Positions 24,271 through 34,066 are shown, numbered from the stretch's first letter. The stretch: DNA of 64,000 nucleotides from Patescibacteria group bacterium (GCA_040389125.1 JAZKAN010000001.1:111398-175397); one strand, 5' to 3'. Translations and numbers: made by a program. The notes: generated by a model not told the origin, from the sequence alone.

Positions 24271-25395
24271 TTAAACGTTAAATGAATAAAGCGTGCCTGA
24301 GTTTCCAGTCGATCCTGTGGCACCCGTAGCTCCGGCTCCCCCACCGGCAGAAGGAGATCCGCTATTTCCCCCTGTGCCACCGGCACCACCAGACAAGGAA
24401 TATGTGAGCGTTCCAGTCACTGTTTCGTAAACAAATACTCCCGATCCACCATTACCGCCTGCACCGCCACCACCACCGCCACCTGCGCCACCGACTGAAC
24501 CAGTGGCTCCTGCGGCATTACCACCATTACCGCCATTTCCACCAACACCCCCTATAAATTCAAAAATGCTTCCGCTTCCGCTCATTACAATATTTTTTGC
24601 AGCGACGAAGAAGTTGCCTGCATGTGATCCAGATCCACCACCACTACCACCAGCAGCACCATAGTTCCATTGTGGTTGTCCAGTGTTGAATCCACCCCCA
24701 CCACCGCCCCCACCGCCAGAACCGCTACCTGCATTCGCTTCGTAAGGCGTACCTACGCCAAGCACAAAGTCCACCATTAATTCGGCGTTTACAATATTGC
24801 GAGGCTTTGTAGTCGCACCTGTTGCGGTTCCACCTGAACCACTACCACCTGCGCCACCGCCACCGTAATTGGTAGCATTGCCACCGTTTCCACCTGCTCC
24901 ACCGTTTGCTCCATTACTGCCGATACACGATGATTTTGAGTCGCCAGTTGTGCCGGTTCCACCACCTGCACCCGCACCTCCGTTACCACCTCCACCCCCA
25001 CTGCTTGCGCCATTTTTTCCTGAACCTGACCCTTTTAAGGTTCCATCACTTACACCAGAAGCTCCTGCTCCACCTGATACGGCATTATTTCCTGATCCAT
25101 TATTAGAACTACCACCGGTATTTCCACCACTACCATTGTTTCCCGATCTGCCAATTTTTCCGGTACCTTGCTGAGTGAGGGTTTCTTTAACGTGAATTTT
25201 GTATCCTGCAGGGTTGAGTACACATCCAGTTTGAATAATGAGATTGTTGTAATACATATCTCGAGACAATCCTGTGTTGCTCGAAATTGTTACGTCACCG
25301 TCGGACCCGTCGCCAAATAGAAAAGCTCTAACTTCTACAAAGTTTGCGTTGAGATCTGATGCGAGAACTGTATCGCCTGAATTCCAAGTTTTCAT
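24271..25395 (-). CDS. Glycine-rich tail fibre-like protein
   Basis: N-terminal DTVLASDLNANF fibre-like start, then long GGxGGxG repeats. Position between tail and lysis genes. Confidence 0.72.
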   Translation of the reverse strand: MKTWNSGDTVLASDLNANFVEVRAFLFGDGSDGDVTISSNTGLSRDMYYNNLIIQTGCVLNPAGYKIHVKETLTQQGTGKIGRSGNNGSGGNTGGSSNNGSGNNAVSGGAGASGVSDGTLKGSGSGKNGASSGGGGGNGGAGAGGGTGTTGDSKSSCIGSNGANGGAGGNGGNATNYGGGGAGGSGSGGTATGATTKPRNIVNAELMVDFVLGVGTPYEANAGSGSGGGGGGGGGFNTGQPQWNYGAAGGSGGGSGSHAGNFFVAAKNIVMSGSGSIFEFIGGVGGNGGNGGNAAGATGSVGGAGGGGGGGAGGNGGSGVFVYETVTGTLTYSLSGGAGGTGGNSGSPSAGGGAGATGATGSTGNSGTLYSFNV

Positions 25396-25396
25396 A

Positions 25397-25948
25397 TTAG
25401 CTTACGGTATATTTACAGCTGACAAAGAGACTTTGGGAGTTCGACTTCACCCATCCGCCGGTTGCGACATATGAGAACAACTGCCCGGTATTTGCACTTC
25501 CAGTTCCATCAATCACATTTCCGAATTCAGTGTATGTACCGTTCGTGTCGCCTGCCGTGTAGAAAAAATCCACATAAGCGATGTTGTTGTCGTACGTTTG
25601 ACTTGATGCGAGCTTTCTAAAAACTTCGGTACCGAGTTGAGTGCTTCCGTTTGAAGGCGACGGGCTGGCTTGAGTTCCAAGCAGTCCGTAATTGATCGCA
25701 CCTGTGTAGGTTGTATTGCCTGCAATTCGGCGTGCGAGTACCGTTCGTCCTGCAGTGGTGATCAAGTTGTGTTTATGTGTGTGCCTCACCAATGCGCCAG
25801 TTTTTTTAAGAGCAGACAAAATACTCTTTTTGCCAGTACGCACATATTCACGAAGCAGTTCGATTTCTTTGCTTGCTTCAGTTACCCATTTCGCAAGTAC
25901 GAAAGTATCGATGTTCGCTTTTATTGTGATTTCATTTTGAAGATTCAT
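25397..25948 (-). CDS. Phage structural protein, function unknown (tail tip region)
   Basis: Position only. Translationally packed between the tail protein and the fibre. Confidence 0.6.
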   Translation of the reverse strand: MNLQNEITIKANIDTFVLAKWVTEASKEIELLREYVRTGKKSILSALKKTGALVRHTHKHNLITTAGRTVLARRIAGNTTYTGAINYGLLGTQASPSPSNGSTQLGTEVFRKLASSQTYDNNIAYVDFFYTAGDTNGTYTEFGNVIDGTGSANTGQLFSYVATGGWVKSNSQSLFVSCKYTVS

Positions 25949-25952
25949 ATGT

Positions 25953-27443
25953 TTAATAAACTGTTAGCGAATAATCCAAGCGACCCATTCGCTTGGTGTC
26001 CGTCTGACCGGACGGCAGATAATCTGCAAGTACCCACAAAGGAGCCACGCCTGCACCGAGTGGATCGTTCAGAATACTTTCGGCAATAGTGACTGTGACT
26101 TGGTCTTGGTATGGCGATACGACTGTTATGAGCTCGTCGATTGTCACTTCTGCCGTATCTGTTTTGATTGTTTCTGCAACTTCCGCATCGTCTGCCTGCA
26201 TAGGATCGGGCAATAAAAGCTGTTGTAAAAGTTCTATAAGTCCGAACTGTCGAGTGGTCACGAGCTCCACTGAGTAATAAAAATCTGCCAGTGTGCGAGC
26301 TGTGAATGTGACTTTACTTATGATGAAATCGACAGTCGCACTCCTACGCGCGCTTGTAAGGTTGATAACCATTCCCGTGCGAAGCCCTGCAGTGTATGTC
26401 TCAAAGGTTCCCTGATTTATCGCTTCTTTGAATGTGTCTACCTCTGCAGATGCACGTTTACGCGCAATGGTTAGATCTTGAATGGTCGTATCTCGGATCA
26501 GTTTTTCTTTAATACCGTACAAAGCAATGGATGCAGGATCACTCGCAATCGCAAGCACTGGGATTTTTGGATTGCCGGAATACTGGATAACATCTCCGTC
26601 ACTAAGAACGGAATTCCATCGGATCGTCTTTTCAGTAAAGTTATAGAGAACGTCTTTTGTAGAAAAATCATCAATGTTATCGATGCCTACTGTTTTGCTG
26701 ACACTGTTGAGAGTGATCGCAAGATTTGAGAATCGGTAAGGCAAAAGAAAGGACTTAGTATTGCTTCCTTTTACTGTGATCTTGTCGGTGTAAGTTGCAC
26801 CGTCATATTCACCACCACGAACTTTCACTGTATTGGCGAGCTGAGTGCCGTCAATCTGGCGCTCAAGTGATTCATTCACGTAATTTCCGCTTGTGTCGGT
26901 CAGATTGTATGGAGCGCTGTTTGTAAACTTTGAGAAGAAGTGGATGTCTTTGCTTTCATCGACATACCAGTCGTATCGAAGGACATCGGCTATGCGTTTG
27001 ATGCACTGACTGATTGGAATCTGATTAAAAACAATTTTTGTGATCGTGAATGTACTTGATACATTTACCGAAGTGAATCCCGTTGTGTACTTCGTGAGAA
27101 TATCGTTGATGATGTATGCAACTGTTTTATTGGAATAGGTTTCGCTGACCAATTTACTGTCGAGCAGGAATGTATAGTCGGTCGCAGTCACTTCATAGAG
27201 CAATCCGTCGGCTGAGCTTATTTCTGTTTCTTTTATTGATGTGACAGTACCGCCGAATATTTTCGTGCTGCTTTGATAAATGCCAATGTCATCCCCGACT
27301 GCAGGAACGATGCTTCGGCTTCCATACTTGCGATAGGTAAATACAGCCGTGTCTGCTTGCGATGTGAGTATCTGTGTTATTTGGAGAGTGTCTCGCTCAA
27401 TCAGAGAAGATCTATCCGTACCGTTTATTTTGAGAATGATCAT
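25953..27443 (-). CDS. Phage tail (distal tail/baseplate-like) protein
   Basis: Immediately follows the tape measure gene (4-nt overlap). N-terminus MIILKINGTDRSSLIERDTLQITQ is typical of siphovirus tail proteins. Confidence 0.7.
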   Translation of the reverse strand: MIILKINGTDRSSLIERDTLQITQILTSQADTAVFTYRKYGSRSIVPAVGDDIGIYQSSTKIFGGTVTSIKETEISSADGLLYEVTATDYTFLLDSKLVSETYSNKTVAYIINDILTKYTTGFTSVNVSSTFTITKIVFNQIPISQCIKRIADVLRYDWYVDESKDIHFFSKFTNSAPYNLTDTSGNYVNESLERQIDGTQLANTVKVRGGEYDGATYTDKITVKGSNTKSFLLPYRFSNLAITLNSVSKTVGIDNIDDFSTKDVLYNFTEKTIRWNSVLSDGDVIQYSGNPKIPVLAIASDPASIALYGIKEKLIRDTTIQDLTIARKRASAEVDTFKEAINQGTFETYTAGLRTGMVINLTSARRSATVDFIISKVTFTARTLADFYYSVELVTTRQFGLIELLQQLLLPDPMQADDAEVAETIKTDTAEVTIDELITVVSPYQDQVTVTIAESILNDPLGAGVAPLWVLADYLPSGQTDTKRMGRLDYSLTVY

Positions 27444-28846
27444 ATGCGTTGGCTTGCCTTAAGTCGTCCCATAATGACTGCACCGATATCGTCCGCCATT
27501 TGTCGGATATCGATCTTGCTGTCGACCTTTGCGTTTATACTGAGATTGATCACGTTGCTGTTGTTGGTCACGCTTCCGCCTCCACCAGTAAGGCTTCTAA
27601 GTCGGTCTAGTGGTATAACTGCTTCGGCACCGGCTTCACCCACCATTGCAAAGGTCGGCTTTGTGATGATTCCACCGTCTGCAAAGCCCAGAGCATTGCC
27701 AACTTTTGTGAGTCCGTTTCCTACTGCGTTTATTCCTCGGCCGACGAGGGACCCAACTGCAGAGGCGCCGTTCATGACCTTGTTGATCGCATCAAGAAAT
27801 GGCTGGATTATTCCCATGAGCCAATCGATTGCAGATTTGAAAACGCTTTTTATGTCGTCCCAGACTTTTGCAAAAAAATCTTTGACTGCGTTGAAAATTT
27901 CAACCGCTTTTTCTTTGAGCATGCTCCAGTTCTCTACGACCCAGACAACGCCTGCGACAATTCCACCGATGATTGCGCCTCCGATAAGAAACGGTGCGAG
28001 TGCAACTGCGGCCGCAATGAAAGAAGTAGCCGCCGCATACACAGCAGGCACAAGTGCGCCGATAATCGCTCCGGCAATTGCATACATAACCGCAGGGTGT
28101 CCTTTCAGAAAATCAATCAGCTCTTTTGCTTTGTCGATCCACTTTGGAAGAACATTATTTATGAAATCAACCGCCGCAGTTGCGAGCTTGGTCAGTGCAG
28201 GTAGCACTTGCTCGCCGAGTGATTCCTTGAAGTTTTCAAACGTCATGCTGAGTACTGCCATTTGTCCTTGGAATCCGCCTGCAAAAGCCTGAGCCTGCCC
28301 ACCTACCTTTTGCTGAAGTTCACCGAGTGCTTCAAGTGGTGTTGCACTGTCTTTGATATCAATGCCGAACTGCTTCAAGACACGACTGTTTCCACTCATC
28401 ACCATTCCCACCAGATTGCTCGCAGTGGCAAGATCTATATGCTTTGCTCGAGCAAGATCCATTGCGGTTGCATTGAGTTTTTGTGCTTCGCTTAAGTCGC
28501 CGGTGCGTTGATAGAGGCGTGCGATACTTACCGCCGCATCTTCATCGTCAAAGCCAAGCTGAACAGCAGCCGCAGACATTTTTATTATTGAGTCATGTGC
28601 TTCTTCTCCGCCTTTTCCCATGGCACGAAGCGTTGCATCCATGCTTGCGATTTGTGTTTGAGCTTCACCTGCCGCTTTGACTACTGAATATCCAAACCCG
28701 ACCGCAGCAGCTCCAACGCCAAGAAGTCCAAGAGCAAAACCCTTGGATGCTCCTTCAGCATCTTTAAGAGAGACACCGAACTTTTTCATTCCGTCCGATG
28801 CTTCGTCTTTTATCTGCAGTAAAATTTGTAATACAGTCTGATCCAT
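27440..28846 (-). CDS. Tail tape measure protein
   Basis: TMP core-like region (AAAVQLGFDDEDAAVSIARLY...ATASNLVGMVMSG), glycine-zipper hydrophobic segments, and position after the chaperone. Confidence 0.85.
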   Translation of the reverse strand: MDQTVLQILLQIKDEASDGMKKFGVSLKDAEGASKGFALGLLGVGAAAVGFGYSVVKAAGEAQTQIASMDATLRAMGKGGEEAHDSIIKMSAAAVQLGFDDEDAAVSIARLYQRTGDLSEAQKLNATAMDLARAKHIDLATASNLVGMVMSGNSRVLKQFGIDIKDSATPLEALGELQQKVGGQAQAFAGGFQGQMAVLSMTFENFKESLGEQVLPALTKLATAAVDFINNVLPKWIDKAKELIDFLKGHPAVMYAIAGAIIGALVPAVYAAATSFIAAAVALAPFLIGGAIIGGIVAGVVWVVENWSMLKEKAVEIFNAVKDFFAKVWDDIKSVFKSAIDWLMGIIQPFLDAINKVMNGASAVGSLVGRGINAVGNGLTKVGNALGFADGGIITKPTFAMVGEAGAEAVIPLDRLRSLTGGGGSVTNNSNVINLSINAKVDSKIDIRQMADDIGAVIMGRLKASQRI

Positions 28847-28849
28847 AAA

Positions 28850-29056
28850 TTATTTATCTTTCTTGTTTGCCCTTGCTTCTGCTTGGAGCATGTCGATGAT
28901 CATGTCGACAAACCAACTAGGAGCATCGAGATATTCTTCATACGTCCATTTCATTTCCCGACAGATAACCGCTTGCACCATCTCGGGAGTGAGTTCGGCT
29001 CTGCCTGCGGCGAAGTAGCGTTCCCACTGGTACGTTACTTCGCCACGATTAAATTT
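28850..29056 (-). CDS. Tail assembly chaperone -1 frame extension (T part of the G-T product)
   Basis: The -1 frame is open from the slippery site to TAA at 28852-28850: NRGEVTYQWERYFAAGRAELTPEMVQAVICREMKWTYEEYLDAPSWFVDMIIDMLQAEARANKKDK*. Confidence 0.65.
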   Translation of the reverse strand, partial: KFNRGEVTYQWERYFAAGRAELTPEMVQAVICREMKWTYEEYLDAPSWFVDMIIDMLQAEARANKKDK

Positions 29057-29367
29057 CCTTTGTTGATCTCCATCGCTTCTTTAACAGCGAAGTCGTATTC
29101 TTCGGGTGTAGAGTCGAGAAGACGGTCAGTGATATTTTCCGCACTGCCGTCATAAGAAATCACAATGACTTCAATCATTTTCTTTTCGGAAATTTCAAGC
29201 GTGCTGCCTGTAAGTTCCGCCTGTCCGATCTCCTTACCTTCGGTATCAAATTTCATATTGCCGAGGAGGATTGATCGCAGTTCGTTTCGTTCGCGCGCAG
29301 TGACATACTCTTTGAGTACAAGTTCCTTTCCGAGCGGCGTTTGAAGTGTTTTTGTTTTGCGTTCCAT
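29035..29367 (-). CDS. Tail assembly chaperone (G-like, zero-frame product)
   Basis: 110-aa ORF between the major tail protein and tape measure genes, ending just after the slippery site. Confidence 0.75.
   Translation of the reverse strand: MERKTKTLQTPLGKELVLKEYVTARERNELRSILLGNMKFDTEGKEIGQAELTGSTLEISEKKMIEVIVISYDGSAENITDRLLDSTPEEYDFAVKEAMEINKGNLIVAK
29050..29056 (-). promoter_or_regulatory. Programmed -1 ribosomal frameshift slippery heptamer A_AAU_UUA
   Basis: Zero-frame codons GGA AAT TTA fit X_XXY_YYZ. The zero-frame stop lies 4 codons later. Confidence 0.6.
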
Positions 29368-29369
29368 AA

Positions 29370-30359
29370 TTAGTAGGAAGTGATTAGGTTCGTTGCGACT
29401 ATCTGAACCATTTTTGTATCGGTCTGTGAGTAATGTGCTTTGAAGTTGAGTGTCTGCTTGACCATATCGTTTACTTTGATCGGTCGTGTGACTGCCTCAA
29501 ATACGACTTTCGCTAAGTCGATCTTTATTTCTGGGTTAGCCGATGTTCCAATCGTCACGTCGCTATTCACAATATCGATTCGCATTGCCTTTGAAGTGCC
29601 TGCGAGAACGAATGTCTTGAAGTCAGACTCGTTTTGCCACATGGCTTCAAGTGTTCCTTCAATCATGAATTGTTTGTTGAGAAAATCTGCCGGAGCGACA
29701 CTACCAAGCACATAGTCGTCTTCGATGTTGTTATCAAATTTCAGACTTAGAGATTTGATAATTTGTGCCGATGCTGCGCCAAGACCTGAATAGGACGAGG
29801 CTAATTTGAACGTCACATGCTGTGGCAAGAAACGATTTTCTGCAGTAGTAGATGGAGTGTTGGTAGTCGAGACACCTTTTTGTGCTTTGATGTTGAGCGA
29901 GTATTCGAGAAACTTGCCCATTTCGTAGTTGATCTCAAGACTCGTTGCTACGCCGTTTGCGTGCTTGTAATCCGCACTTGCGAGTGGATCATCAAGGAAA
30001 TAAGTGAGTGACTGGTGCTGTGCAGTCTGACCTACGGTTATCGTATGATCCTTCACGTTTCCTGATGCATCGGCGTTTGCTCCTGTTGAAAGCGAGCCAA
30101 GAACTGAGTAAAGAATGAGAGGAAAATGTCTGTCACCTATTGGCGCTTTCAGCTTCCCTTCCGCCCATTGTTTGATGATTGATTGACCTTGTGTATCTTC
30201 AATCACACCGTAGGACATATCATCGACTACCTTGGTATCCTTTTCTTCAAGTGCGAGCTCGGAGAATGGAATCCAATATGCTGCGGATGATATTGCAGTG
30301 CCACGAGTTGTTTCTCTTGCTATTCCGACTTGGAATAATCTTCCGATTCCTTTTGACAT
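29370..30359 (-). CDS. Major tail protein (by position and size)
   Basis: 329 aa, located between the head-tail joining genes and the chaperone. No sheath gene is present. Confidence 0.7.
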   Translation of the reverse strand: MSKGIGRLFQVGIARETTRGTAISSAAYWIPFSELALEEKDTKVVDDMSYGVIEDTQGQSIIKQWAEGKLKAPIGDRHFPLILYSVLGSLSTGANADASGNVKDHTITVGQTAQHQSLTYFLDDPLASADYKHANGVATSLEINYEMGKFLEYSLNIKAQKGVSTTNTPSTTAENRFLPQHVTFKLASSYSGLGAASAQIIKSLSLKFDNNIEDDYVLGSVAPADFLNKQFMIEGTLEAMWQNESDFKTFVLAGTSKAMRIDIVNSDVTIGTSANPEIKIDLAKVVFEAVTRPIKVNDMVKQTLNFKAHYSQTDTKMVQIVATNLITSY

Positions 30360-30364
30360 AAAGT

Positions 30365-30541
30365 TTATTCAGTTTCTTTGGTTGGTAATGGTTCGACCTT
30401 TTGTTTTGTTTTTTCGTAGATCTCCTGAGCTTCTTCAATGCTGCTTGCGATCACTGTCTGCGGTTTGTATTCGCCTCCGCCTGCAAAGAAGAACTCACGA
30501 GGAGATTCACCGATGGCTTTGTTTTTTGATTGTGTTTGCAT
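30365..30541 (-). CDS. Small hypothetical phage protein (58 aa)
   Basis: Below the track cutoff. MQTQSKNKAIGESPREFFFAGGGEYKPQTVIASSIEEAQEIYEKTKQKVEPLPTKETE*. It fills the gap exactly. Confidence 0.45.
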   Translation of the reverse strand: MQTQSKNKAIGESPREFFFAGGGEYKPQTVIASSIEEAQEIYEKTKQKVEPLPTKETE

Positions 30542-30545
30542 GGTG

Positions 30546-30989
30546 TTAGAAACTAAGTAATTTAGTTGCGTGAGCTTTTAAAGTAATGGTGAACATAACG
30601 TATGACTTACCCTGCGACACGATCGCTTCAGGACTACTGCTTGAAGGCTCGAGTCCGCCATCCGCTTTTCCTGAAAGCGTTGGAGCGTTGTCGAACTTAT
30701 CAAGCAAGAAATCACAGAGTGTTTCGATGTCGTCTGTTGATTCGAGATTTTCGGCTTTCTGTATCACCGTTACTGCAAAGCGATATGTACGCATGTTTTC
30801 TCGGTTCGTGAGATATCCCCCTTCGGAACTCGGAGAGGTTAGAATCGCAGCAGGAAATGACGGGATGTCACGATCAAGCACGGGGCTTGTTTTCAAATCA
30901 TCCACAACAACAGACTTCAGTTCACCGCTTGTGACGATGTTGTCGAGAATGTCTTTGATTTTGCTTTTGATATCTACTGAGAGCGACAT
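30546..30989 (-). CDS. Head-tail joining / tail completion protein (by position)
   Basis: 147 aa. Synteny only. Confidence 0.55.
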   Translation of the reverse strand: MSLSVDIKSKIKDILDNIVTSGELKSVVVDDLKTSPVLDRDIPSFPAAILTSPSSEGGYLTNRENMRTYRFAVTVIQKAENLESTDDIETLCDFLLDKFDNAPTLSGKADGGLEPSSSSPEAIVSQGKSYVMFTITLKAHATKLLSF

Positions 30990-30991
30990 AA

Positions 30992-31450
30992 TTAATTGCT
31001 TAGCCTTACTATTTCTCGAATAATAATTTCTCCGGCCTGACGAAAGATGTTCTGCACATCTTTCTGAGATTTTTCGACTATTTTTTTCATGAACGGTCGA
31101 GGCTTTGAAGCTTTTGCTGATCGTGCGAATACTCGTTCGCCACTTTCATTTATCCAAGAGAGCATTTTTGCTTTCTTTGGATATACAGCTCCACGACCAT
31201 ATTCCACGAATTGAGCATAGCGAGCCGTTGGAAACCATCGTGCTTGGAGCTTTGCCGATTCAAAGCGGAAGCTATGCAGGAGATTTCCAGTTCGCCACGG
31301 GACCGGATCGTCTTTGAGCGTGTTCTTGGCGAATATGGCTTGTGATCCGTCAATTGCTTTCTGCAAGACTGGCTCGGCAATCTTCGGAAACCGTTCTACT
31401 GAATCTCTGAGTGCCGACAGATTTTTTATTTCAACTTCAAGGAGTGCCAT
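30992..31450 (-). CDS. HK97 gp10-family head-tail protein
   Basis: PVPWRTGNLLHSF...YAQFVEYG pattern typical of the gp10 family. Confidence 0.78.
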   Translation of the reverse strand: MALLEVEIKNLSALRDSVERFPKIAEPVLQKAIDGSQAIFAKNTLKDDPVPWRTGNLLHSFRFESAKLQARWFPTARYAQFVEYGRGAVYPKKAKMLSWINESGERVFARSAKASKPRPFMKKIVEKSQKDVQNIFRQAGEIIIREIVRLSN

Positions 31451-31452
31451 GG

Positions 31453-32106
31453 CTATGTGAGCGCAGGCAGTCTGCGATAACGATTAAGCGTTGCTTGGTC
31501 TTCTTTGCTCAAGCCATCGCTCCATGTGACTTGCGAGCTATCGAAGCCTTCGGAAAGTTTTCCTTCGGCTTCACGTCGCTTGTACCACTTCACAACGAGT
31601 CGCTCTGCAAAATCGGTTAGATCGCTCGGAAGCGTATGAAGATCTTCGTCGTCATAGTTTTCCCAATCGATCTTGTATCCGGCTTTGTAGGTGACTCGAT
31701 TAAATTTCTCGAGCATGGAACTCACTTCAATGATTCCTGCTTCTCCGTCATCCAACAGTTCCCAATTATCAGGAAAGTAACTTTGCCACGTCGGACTGCT
31801 TTTCAAACCTATTCGATATTCAAACGCAGTCACTTCCGTAACTGGTGATTGTCGAAGGATAAGCATTGTCTGTCCGCTAGTGTGGACTGTGTAGAGTTCG
31901 TGAGTGTAGGTTGTTTCTTTGAATCGTCTGTTGCATTCACCTTCGATAAAGTCCGTCACTCCGTTTATAAGATTGACGAATAGCGAATCGAAACCATCCG
32001 ACTCGATTCGGAGTCGTATGTTTCTTACTCTATCTACAGTTGTGAGTGCGTATGATCGTGGCTCCATGGTGTTGTGTGTGATTAAGTCTCGGTCGCTCCC
32101 TCCCAT
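31453..32106 (-). CDS. gp6-like head-tail connector protein
   Basis: LTTVDRVRNIRLRIESDGFDSLFVNLINGVTDFIEGECNRRF. An alternative start at 32067 exists. The 32106 ATG sits inside a cuccuc/gagggag hairpin. Confidence 0.72.
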   Translation of the reverse strand: MGGSDRDLITHNTMEPRSYALTTVDRVRNIRLRIESDGFDSLFVNLINGVTDFIEGECNRRFKETTYTHELYTVHTSGQTMLILRQSPVTEVTAFEYRIGLKSSPTWQSYFPDNWELLDDGEAGIIEVSSMLEKFNRVTYKAGYKIDWENYDDEDLHTLPSDLTDFAERLVVKWYKRREAEGKLSEGFDSSQVTWSDGLSKEDQATLNRYRRLPALT

Positions 32107-32141
32107 TGCGAGAGGGAGAGCCGAGATTCAATCACGGATAC

Positions 32142-32537
32142 TTAGTTCACAGGTTCGTTGTATGCTCGCGCGAGCGCGAAGACCGCAGAACATGGAATTG
32201 ACGGAGTGGTACCACCGACATCCAAGACAGCGCGAAGATAGCGTTTGCGACTTCCAACGTTGAGCCCTTCCAAACGGATGAGCTTCACATCGTTGTCTGC
32301 CGTAACTGCTACGGTCGCCCCTGAAATGGCAGCCCATCCCGTTGAGCCGTCTGCCGATTCCTCGACATTAACGGCATAGGTTTCGTCGCCACTTCCAAGG
32401 TCAATATCGCCTGCAGAAACGGTAAGCACTGCTGATCCGAATCCCTTCGTATCAACGGCTGTACCGTTTGCATCTGCAGTGCGTACTGCTGGAACAAACG
32501 AAGCGAGAAACTTTACTGCGTCATAGACTGATTTCAT
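32142..32537 (-). CDS. Capsid accessory/decoration-like protein (by position)
   Basis: 131 aa, downstream of the capsid gene. Confidence 0.55.
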   Translation of the reverse strand: MKSVYDAVKFLASFVPAVRTADANGTAVDTKGFGSAVLTVSAGDIDLGSGDETYAVNVEESADGSTGWAAISGATVAVTADNDVKLIRLEGLNVGSRKRYLRAVLDVGGTTPSIPCSAVFALARAYNEPVN

Positions 32538-32854
32538 ATGTTTTCTTCTGGCTTATTGTCGGTCTGAGTATCGTCCGTCTTGTTTTCCGTGGAAGAAGAC
32601 TCATCGCCTTCTTTCTTTTCGGAGTCATCCGCATCCGGTTCTTTCGGATCGGTAGGCTCGTCATCTTCTTGCTCATCGGGATCCGACGGATCGGATGGAA
32701 TATCTTGTTCGTCTGCTTGTTCAGCAGGCTTCACATATTCTTCGCCGATATTCTCGGCTTCCTCTTGAGTCAGATGGATGATTGATCCTTTCTCGATCCG
32801 ATCGCCTTTGAATGCGATTGGCTTCAAGACTTCATATGGGAGTGTTTCGCTCAT
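32534..32854 (-). CDS. Hypothetical protein with extremely acidic low-complexity tail
   Basis: The track start 32869 is TTG; ATG at 32854 (MSETLPYEV...). The C-terminal half is D/E/P/S-rich. Confidence 0.5.
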   Translation of the reverse strand: MSETLPYEVLKPIAFKGDRIEKGSIIHLTQEEAENIGEEYVKPAEQADEQDIPSDPSDPDEQEDDEPTDPKEPDADDSEKKEGDESSSTENKTDDTQTDNKPEENI

Positions 32855-32881
32855 AATGAATGTACTCAAACGTTAGGGCTA

Positions 32882-34066
32882 TTAAGATGCAGCAGTTTTT
32901 ACGACGACAAACGCTGCGCCAAGTGCGACCGTCAAAGCAACACGCTTCTTGATAACAAGAGCGCGCTGATCTGCGAGCGCAATTTCTTTTCCACCGAAGG
33001 TTCCTGACTCATGCTGTGAGACAGTCATCTCTCCCTTCTCACCAAAGGCCAAAGCCTTCATGTTTCCGAAGATAATGAACTTGGTAGAAACTGCCGATGC
33101 TGAAATGCCCGGCAAATGACGAGTGGTGTATACAGGGTATCCACCGATCTCGCCTGCAGGACGGATTCCTCCGCCTGTAGGATTGTTTGTAAGAACCTGA
33201 GCGGAAGCTGCACCTGCTTGTGGCAGGATAAAGTTTCCGGCTGTGTCTTTCTGGGTTCTAAGCTTCGCCCAGACTGTTCGGTTCATATACCATGCAGAAC
33301 CTTCAAGAACGGATTCTTCAAGATTTGCGATAGTATCTGCCGCATCCACAACGACATCGAATTCCGCAAAGGTATCGTGTCCTGTTGGAAGCGTGTACAC
33401 GGTGACATCGTTGTGGTTTAGCACACCGATAAAAGGAGCGCCGGTTCCGGCAAATCCCTGCTTGTCCACCATGTTTGCAAGCGCCTCACCTCCGAGGGCA
33501 AGGAGCCAGTCTGCAAGCTGTACATCCGCATCTGCGAGCAAGTCATTGCCCACGACGAATGCAAGTTGCCACTTCTTGGCGATCAGGTTAGCTTGGCCGA
33601 AGTTGATTCCGGTTACGCCCCCGACTGCATCAAAGCCAAGGAATTCACCTTCAAGAAATGCACCTGTGTAATTCGGAATGCCTTTCTCGTCAGTACCCAT
33701 CGGCCACTTCTGCGCTTGGCTCATGATGAGACCGACAGACGCAGCAATGCGAAGGATTGCGGCTTCTACTTCTTTTGCGACCAAGTATCCGCCGCGCGAA
33801 TCTTGCTCACCGATCAACGCTTCATTTGCTTTGGTTTTGATTCCGGCAGCCGCTTTCACGACTTCCACAAACGAAGTTTTCTGATCGTCAGTCATCCCTG
33901 TTCGATCCTTGCCGAAGAGAGAACGCTCGAGCTGAAGTTTTTCAACGATAGCTCGGGTTTCTTTGGCAACAATCGGAGAGATGGCATCACCGAGTCGCTT
34001 CTCCATTACGTCGTCAACGACGGTTTGGAGCTGACTCTTGATGGCTTCTAGTTGCTTTTCATCCAT
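32882..34066 (-). CDS. Major capsid protein, HK97 family
   Basis: KANEALIGEQDSRGGYLVAKEV and the overall HK97 MCP pattern. The track start 34114 is GTG; ATG at 34066 (MDEKQLEAIK). Confidence 0.92.
   Translation of the reverse strand: MDEKQLEAIKSQLQTVVDDVMEKRLGDAISPIVAKETRAIVEKLQLERSLFGKDRTGMTDDQKTSFVEVVKAAAGIKTKANEALIGEQDSRGGYLVAKEVEAAILRIAASVGLIMSQAQKWPMGTDEKGIPNYTGAFLEGEFLGFDAVGGVTGINFGQANLIAKKWQLAFVVGNDLLADADVQLADWLLALGGEALANMVDKQGFAGTGAPFIGVLNHNDVTVYTLPTGHDTFAEFDVVVDAADTIANLEESVLEGSAWYMNRTVWAKLRTQKDTAGNFILPQAGAASAQVLTNNPTGGGIRPAGEIGGYPVYTTRHLPGISASAVSTKFIIFGNMKALAFGEKGEMTVSQHESGTFGGKEIALADQRALVIKKRVALTVALGAAFVVVKTAAS

Noticed and set aside
24789-25174. Proline-rich plus-strand ORFs (24869..25174, 24906..25106) and an alternative minus-frame ORF (24789..25013) inside the glycine-rich fibre gene
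   Set aside because: They are mirror or alternate-frame artefacts of the GGN-rich repeats. The 374-aa minus-strand ORF fits the packed tail-gene synteny and has a fibre-like N-terminus.
27273-28292. 339-aa plus-strand ORF, the longest plus-strand ORF in the phage
   Set aside because: It lies antisense to the tape measure gene, which has recognisable TMP core motifs and correct synteny. The plus-strand product is low-complexity (A/S/P/T-rich) with a non-ATG-dependent context.
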